This document shows, piece by piece, positions 57,058-64,000 of a stretch of DNA of 64,000 nt (position 1 is the stretch's first letter; each line of letters opens with the position of its first letter). The translations under genes were made by a program, and so were the position numbers. The notes under the pieces were generated by a model that worked only from the letters and a program-made list of their open reading frames with translations, searched no databases and was not told where the DNA came from. The stretch is from contig OZ024741.1 in the NCBI GenBank assembly GCA_964016885.1, positions 46,376,001 through 46,440,000 of the forward strand, read 5' to 3'. Origin of the DNA: Eledone cirrhosa. Its lineage: Eukaryota.

Positions 57058-57431
57058 TGTAAGGAAAGCAGGAAGGAAGATGATGAGATGCAGACAGGAA
57101 ATAACATATGATAACAACAATATGTCTTCTCAACAGTATGTGAAGGTAGTTTTTCTTTATTCGTGTGCTTGTTCGTGTGTGCTTACAATGGTTAAATGAC
57201 ATACCTGTGACTTGTTTTGTTAATCCTTGTAAGAAGGATTGGAATACATCTGAGCTGAGCCTTATGGTATAGGTCCTCAGCAGATGTGTTGCAGGTCGGA
57301 AAGGCTCGACCGAAAGAAGTTAAGTGAGCAAGGGTGGTCGAGTGACGTCAGAACACTCCCTTATATACTGGCCACGGGGAAGTAACTCCAAATAGTCTCG
57401 GTTCCCCGGAGAGATGGCGCTAGTCACTACA
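57058..57431 (-). mobile_element. Probable solo LTR
   Basis: TGTA...TACA termini; TATATAA then AATAAA on the minus strand; flanks AATA and AATC, possibly a 4-bp TSD with one mismatch. Confidence 0.55.
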
Positions 57432-57439
57432 AATCAATA

Positions 57440-57633
57440 CATTACAAATTCGATTTTTGCACTTGGCGTGGGTCGATTTGAAAATGTTTTTGACCGATGT
57501 CTCCGCCGGACCTTCATCTATAAGTGTAGCAATTTCACCGAAATTTGAACGTACGGTTTAGGAGATGTGTGCCGACTGTTTTAGTAGACAGACAGACAGA
57601 CAGACAGACAACCCAGTTTTATATATAGAGATA
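57440..57633 (-). mobile_element. Possible non-autonomous Helitron-like 5' fragment
   Basis: Minus strand starts ATCTCTATATATAAAAC followed by (TGTC)n; no 3' hairpin or CTAG end seen. Confidence 0.4.
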
Positions 57634-57721
57634 TAACTATATATATGTGTGATATACGTGTGTGTGTGCGTGCGTGTGTGCGCGCGCGTGTGTGTGTAAG
57701 TATGCATATGTACACACCTAT

Positions 57722-57837
<116 letters not shown>

Positions 57838-57844
57838 GTAGATA

Positions 57845-59100
57845 AATCTACCAAAATGTACGGTAGTGTCCAATCCGTATGAAGAACTCAATGTAATCCG
57901 AATATCATGAAAAGAGAAGATGTATTCAAAAGTTTTTTTCGGTGAAAAATACAGGAAAACAGAGTCAAGATAAATTAATAAAAATAATGAATAAAAACAA
58001 AGAAACAGTTCCTTATATTAAAAAATTCATCATTTTACGATCGTTTCTAGGATATATATGTGTGTGTTGGTATGTATATCATATAGATCTATGTAAAAAT
58101 TTTACAAACTATCAGAGGGAATATACATACCTACACATATATATGCTGTCTTCAGAAATAATGACATTTGTTTATTGAAAAAAACCAACAAAGATTTAAT
58201 ATAATAGGTCTGTTTGGGAACAGGTTTTGAATTGACTAATAGAAAGGTAGTAAGTGGTCAAGATGGTAGAATAGTAGTAATAGAACTTTAATTTAGGGGT
58301 AGAGGAAAGCAGATTTCTGTTTTGAATGGAAAGAGTATAATGAATGAAAAGATTATTTTGGGGATGAAAATAGGTCAAGTCGGTCAAAGGTACACGAAAA
58401 ATTGATGTTATAAAAGAATAATGCTAATGTAAATATCTAAGGAGAATAAAATTTTACGATAAATGTGTTAGTGAAAAATATCAATCTTATTTAAAATATA
58501 AGGAATTTACATCTATAAAAAGAAAATAAATTAATTAAATTGATAGGTATATTTATATTGATAAATTTATATTAATTCATATAGATATGATAAATAAGAA
58601 TTAGATGTAATTGAAGAGTGCTGTTAAAAACGAAGGGAAAATAAAAAAATAAAAAAATAATTATTATTATTATTGGGGGGGGGGGTAATTTATTAGTGAG
58701 AAATAACAAATTTATATAGATTATAAGGAATATAGATCCATAACCTGAAATTAAAATAGTTTGTATGTATACTTATTGGTATAAATTTTAAGAAAAGATA
58801 ACTGTAAAAGGGAAAAAAAATGATGCAGTTCATTAGTAGTAGAATATTAATTATAGGTTAACTAATTTTTTTTAAATGTTATTATAGTAATTTGTAAAGT
58901 GTATATTAATTAGGTTTATAATATTTAAAAGTTCTTCTCAATTTATGATTACATGATATAATTAATTCCTGTCGCTTATTTAATAGGATATCCTTAGATT
59001 TCATTATTTCAAAAAGTTCCTGGGAACATAATCTACATTCATATCTATTATTTTGATAAGGGGTGGCCCTTTTGAGCACACTCCAGTGTATATAAATATA
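57845..59100 (-). mobile_element. Hydra-like PLE 3' end (EN C-terminus, 3' UTR, HHR, tail), with an inverted arm at ~61175-61353
   Basis: IHWSVLKRATPY...CRLCSQE...LLNKRQELIISCNHK; 57975-58152 is inverted at 61175-61353. Confidence 0.82.
58028..58163 (-). ncRNA. Type I hammerhead ribozyme with a ~100-nt stem II
   Basis: CATTATTT-CTGAAGA-[long hairpin]-GAAAC-GATC-GTA-AAATGATG. Confidence 0.78.
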
Positions 59101-59104
59101 TATA

Positions 59105-61090
59105 ATGGAAAAATTTGAACAGGAACAAAACAGAGAGGCAGTACAACGAATGTTTATTAATTTCACGCTCTGGAGAGTGGGTGGTGGTGGGGAACGACGT
59201 TTCGGGCATAAGCCCTTCCTCAGGTGAGAAGTGTGTGGGAATAGAGTTCAAAGGGTGTGTAGGGGAGTGGTGGAGAGACATATAGCGAAAGGAAACGGTG
59301 CGAATGAAATTAAAAATAAAAATAAAAATAAAGCATGATCAAAATAAAAGGAATGAAATAAAAATAAATATAAAAGCTTGATCAAAATAAACTGAAATTA
59401 AAAAGGGGTAAAACAGGTGGTGGAAGGGTGTGGGGTGTGTAGGGGTGGTGGTGGGTGGAGTGGGGAGAGGGAGACAGGGAGTCCGAGCGGGGAGGGCTGA
59501 AGGTGGTGTGTGTGTGTAGGTGTACGTGTGTGTGTGTGTGTGTGTATGTGAAAGTAAGGGTTTGGGGAAGAACGGGGTTGCATGTTCAGGAAGAGGTGTG
59601 TTTGGGGGGTTGTAGGTCGGAGTGTCTGTGCGTGTGTGGATAGAGGGGTGGGGGGGGGGAATCAGGAGGCTGAGGGTGTAAATATGTGGTGGAAAGCACG
59701 TGTGTGTGGGGTTTAAGCGTGTTGTGGGTGTAGGTGGCGTGTGGGAGAAAAAAAATGTTTTTGGGTGTGTGTGTGTGGGTGAGTTATATAGGTGATTCCG
59801 TAAGAGGATGGTTGAAATGTTGGTAAATTCCTATGAAGTTAGTAGATTCCGTGGTGGTCAAGTTCCACATACGAGTATTCCATGAAGAGATGGTCGGCAG
59901 AGGAGAGATGTGGGGTGCGCGCGCAACAGGAAGTGGTCAAGCGGTGGGAGTGCTGTGTGTCTGTTTGTGCTGGGAGGTGGTCAGAGGGCATAGCAGCAGT
60001 CGGGTGGAATGGTAAAGGGGCGAGGATGGGTAGGTGTGAAAGTTGGAGTGAAGAGGGTGTGTGTGTGTATTAGTAGAGGTGTTAGTGGGATGAGTGAGTG
60101 TGGAGCGAGGGTGTGGGTGGAGCGGGGAGCGAAGGGTGTGTGTAGTTCTATGGAGGGAGTGTGGTGTACTGGTGTGTGTATAGTTTGATGAAGGGGGTGT
60201 TAGTGTGTGTTAGTATACGGGAGGTGGGAAAGGGTTGAATGCAGGTGTGAGTGGGGGTTAGTGGTGGTAGGGTGTGTAGAGTTGGTGGTGTACGAGGGTG
60301 TGTGGGTACGTGTGCGTGGGGTTGGGGGGTGTTAGTGATGTTAGTTGCGTGTGGGGTGGGTGGTGTAAGTGGGTGCGTGTGTTCGTGTGCTTGGGGTCAG
60401 GGGGTGTTAGTGAGGTTAGTTGCGGAGTGGTGGGATGGAGGTGTGGGGGTGAGGGTTAGTGGTGGTAGTAGGGTGTGTGTTTAGTGTGAGCGCGTGTATA
60501 TATGTGCCGGTGGGTGTGTGCGTGTGATAAGGAGGGGGAGGAGAAGAAGGGAGGGATGTTAGTATGTTAGTTGGGGAAGGGTGGTCGGATGAGGGGTGGA
60601 GTGGAGGTGCTAGTATTGTTAGTTGTGGGGTGGGCGGTGAAAAGGAGGGGTGTGTTAGTGGTGTTAGTGGGGGATATGTGTGGGGGGAGGTGGGCGGTCT
60701 AAGACTAAAGGAATAAGGGTGGGGAGTTCAGGCCGAGGGGAGTGTGGGTCTGTAAGATGAAGATAGTTCTTTGTTCGACTCTAAGGAGATTGGCGGGTTT
60801 TCCGTGGCATTGGAGTAGGCCACAGACTGTGAGATGGCGTGCGGAATGTCCAGGGGCACCAAAGTGGCGGGCGATGGGGGAACTACCACCGAGATGAATA
60901 TCCCGGAGGTGCTCAGTGAATCGGTCCGCCAGGCGACGTCCCGTCTGTCCGACATAAGTCCGTAGACTAGGTTAGAGGAGGTGCAGCGGAAGGCATGCCG
61001 GACAGAGAGAGAGTGGCCGTTGGGACCCTGGAAGGTGGTGGTGTTGGTGATGTGGGGACAGGTGTTGCAGCGGGGCCTAGAACAGGGTTC
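59105..61090 (-). mobile_element. Neptune-like PLE 3' fragment (GIY-YIG 61090-60720, C-rich 3' UTR, HHR, AATAAA)
   Basis: Hand translation gives PCSRPRCNTC...FRCTSSNLVY / YVGQTGRRLADRFTEH...IARHF...EQRTIFILQT, with internal frameshifts. Confidence 0.82.
59190..59228 (-). ncRNA. Minimal hammerhead ribozyme
   Basis: CTGAGGA-A-GGGC ttat GCCC-GAAACGTC; stem I is weak. Confidence 0.72.
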
Positions 61091-61429
61091 TTATATATTT
61101 GATATATATTTATCCTTATCGAGCCCTCTTTGGATTTTAGTCTTCACATTTATTATTACTATATATATATATAGTATGATGACAGCATATATATGTGTAG
61201 GTATGTATATTCCCTCTGATAGTTTGTAAAATTTTTGCGTATATCTATATGATATACATACTAACACACACATATATATCCTACAAACGATCGTAAAATG
61301 ATGAATTTTTTAATATAAGGAACTGTTTGTTTTTATTCATTGTTTTTATTAATTTATATATATATATTGGGGGTCCTACTCGTTCCTATATATATATGTA
61401 TATATATATATATATATATGTATGTATTA

Positions 61430-62720
61430 AGTTGTTAAACAATATTCGATGATTATGTTAAAGAATGAGTTTTACAGTAGATTGGAAGCGTTTTAAATAT
61501 ACTTACTGCACTATAATATCTAAATTTGAGACGGATTCAAACTTATATATAAATGTGAATTTTTTTCGCTGTACTTTCGATCTCTTATTTATTTATTTAT
61601 AATATAATGTATTATAATATATATGTAGTTATATATTGTATTCTATACATTTTTAAATATTTTTAAATATACCTACCATACTTCTATATACATGATTCAA
61701 ATATAGAGAAAATATCCAAAATAAAAATGATTATAGACATTATTTTGAACTTTATACATGCACTCATTGTTCGTTTTTCTTATATGTATATATATATATA
61801 TATTTAAATGTGACATGTTGTTAAGAGTATAACTGTTAACATTTACCTAAAGTATACTACATTAATAATACCTAATATATATCTATATATATACATCCCT
61901 ATATCTAATAATATGTTGATATCTTGGTTGAAGAATAATTATACATATGTATGAATTTTATCTGTAACATATTATTTTATTTTATTTTTACCTTATATAT
62001 ACTGACTCATTAATATATACCTATATACATAATAGTTATTCAAATATTTATAACAATAAGTACTTCAAAAGATTTACATACCTAATATGTTGAGTTATTT
62101 GTTAAACTTTAGAGTTAGGTAATTAATCAACAGTATAATATTTCATTCTTTACGTGCCAGCTAAATCCTTTAAAATGTTATTCTCACAATTCAGAAGTTT
62201 AGAAATGATAACACACTTATCGAATTTATATAAATAATATATAATTAAATAGCAAATAATCCTGAAATCTGGAGTCTTCACATTAATATTATAAATTAAA
62301 TATTTCCAAATTCTAACCGTTTAAATATCGACCCCCCACCCACACACACACTTTACCTTTCCCTCCTTATAAATCTTTTTCCAGTGGCTATCACTGGCTG
62401 TTATGATTCACGAGGCGTTTCCCTAGATATTATCGTATCATACAATTTAAAATTTTAGAACACTTTAAGTATGCAACGTTTTTTCTTACTCACACATTCT
62501 CTAATGAATTCATTACGTTTTCGCACTCTCACACAGATAGTATATAAGCAACATTTTCTATCGGGTAATCACTACCTTGATTAAATCTTAACCATTTAAT
62601 ATCTCAGGGTATGTCATGTATCATTATATTTTGTCTGATGAGGACGTATTGTTGTACATCCGAAATATGTATAATAAAATGTAATTGATCAAAAGAACAT
62701 CTATTTTATTAATACTTATA

Positions 62721-62730
<10 letters not shown>
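61430..62730 (+). mobile_element. AT-rich putative PLE 3' UTR between (TA)n
   Basis: Non-coding; ends with an HHR about 50 nt before (TA)n. Confidence 0.55.
62628..62680 (+). ncRNA. Type I hammerhead ribozyme
   Basis: ATTTTGT-CTGATGA-GGACGTA...TACATCC-GAAAT-ATGT-ATA-ATAAAAT. Confidence 0.8.
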
Positions 62731-62793
<63 letters not shown>

Positions 62794-62795
<2 letters not shown>

Positions 62796-62992
62796 AGATG
62801 GATTCAGTTTGAAACTGGTTAGACCATTACTCAGCAGAGTACTCGATACTGGGGATAGTAGAGTATGGTTATATTAGAAAGAGTCGGGGCCCGACTGATA
62901 AGCTTTTGCCGTTTCAACAGCTAGTTCCATACTGTCTGTAACTCTGGAACTAGCTGTTGAAACGGCAAGAGATCAGCCGCCAGCCCGACTCT
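62794..62992. mobile_element. Hairpin mini-element, family D (tail 62794-62878, fold-back 62879-62992)
   Basis: TTGCCGTTTCAACAGCTAGTTCCA...TGGAACTAGCTGTTGAAACGGCAA. Confidence 0.83.
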
Positions 62993-63069
62993 CTCTCTCT
63001 CTCACTCTCTCTCTCTCTCACTCTCTGTCTCTCTGTCTCTCTGTCTCTCTCTCTCTATATATATATATA

Positions 63070-63380
63070 TATAGTAAAATAAAATAAAACAAAACAAGGA
63101 CGATTGGTTACTCCTTCATTACGTTTATTGGTTGGTGACATGCGTTTCGCAGATTACAGAGTCGGGCTAGATCGATACAGATCGAACCTTGAACTGATCA
63201 GTGGCAAAACGCGTGTCACCAACCAATAAACGTAATGAAGGAGTAGCCAATCGTCCTTGTTTTATTTTATTTTACTATAATACACTCTGTCTAGCTCTAC
63301 ACCTCGACACTGAAGTGAACCTAAACATCAAGTGCTCACTCGGGTGAACCTACAGTAACTCCAAGTTACACTCCCTGGAT
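63070..63380. mobile_element. Fold-back mini-element (arms 63070-63150 and 63203-63279) plus tail, in (TA)n
   Basis: The left arm ends at GAAAC-GCAT-GTC (minus strand) and the right arm starts AAAAC-GCGT-GTC, resembling an HHR 3' half. Confidence 0.8.
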
Positions 63381-63404
63381 ATATATATATATATATATAT
63401 ATAT

Positions 63405-63471
<67 letters not shown>

Positions 63472-63732
63472 AACAAGATATCGTTATAGGTAATCCAATT
63501 AGAGGTTGTGAATACTTCTTATCATGGATAGTTTAGCGTACGGCGTTGTATGACTCAACAAGAGGTTTCCTTAGGTGACGAGTTTATGATTTCACTTGTA
63601 TTCCTATGTAAGTTTATCTTGGAGTAATAAAATTGAAAAAGTGGAGAATAACATGGTCAACAGTTTTTTTTTTTTTTGTACTGTTGACCATGTTATTCTC
63701 CACTTTTTCAATTATATATATATATATATATC

Positions 63733-64000
63733 TAGCAGTCTCTCTCTCTCTCTGTTAGCCTCTTCCTCAACTTTCACTCACTCACTCTCTGTCACTACCT
63801 CTCCTCCTCCCCTTTCTTCCCGTTTGACCTGTCCGTAATCCTTTTCTCGCGGGCACTTGGCCAAGCCGGTATGAATTTTTTTTCTCTCTCTCTCGTCTGC
63901 GACTTCACAGAACTTATGTTTACCGAATTCGCAGACCAGACCCCTTCTTCCTCCCGTTAGACCTGTGCGAAATTCCTTCCTTGCTCACATTTCAACCAGG
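63733..64000 (+). mobile_element. Repeat family C copy (runs off the window end)
   Basis: Near-identical to 13021-13305. Confidence 0.85.

Overview
AT-rich, microsatellite-dense animal genomic DNA made almost entirely of retrotransposon material. I could not support any host protein-coding gene. The tRNA-derived SINEs resemble octopus SINE families, so the host is probably an octopod cephalopod (inference). Penelope-like elements (PLEs; reverse transcriptase plus C-terminal GIY-YIG endonuclease) of several families dominate. They include a young head-to-head insertion at 1-7303, and about 17 recognisable minimal type I hammerhead ribozymes (HHRs) lie in their 3' regions. The main pattern is at least 15 fold-back (palindromic) insertions of about 50 bp to 7 kb. 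They typically sit in (TA)n and most have one arm longer by a short tail. In several of the smallest, the centre looks like HHR stem II: both arms keep the GAAAC half of the ribozyme and the CUGANGA half is missing, which suggests snap-back priming at the ribozyme. The window also holds a near full-length Tx1/L1 LINE whose three copies all sit in (TATC)n, a decayed RTE LINE, CRE-like fragments, SINEs, a Tc1/mariner-type MITE and a probable solo LTR. Three PLE copies carry TGA at conserved zinc-linker cysteines, a weak selenocysteine hint. Coordinates were read by eye, so element ends are approximate.
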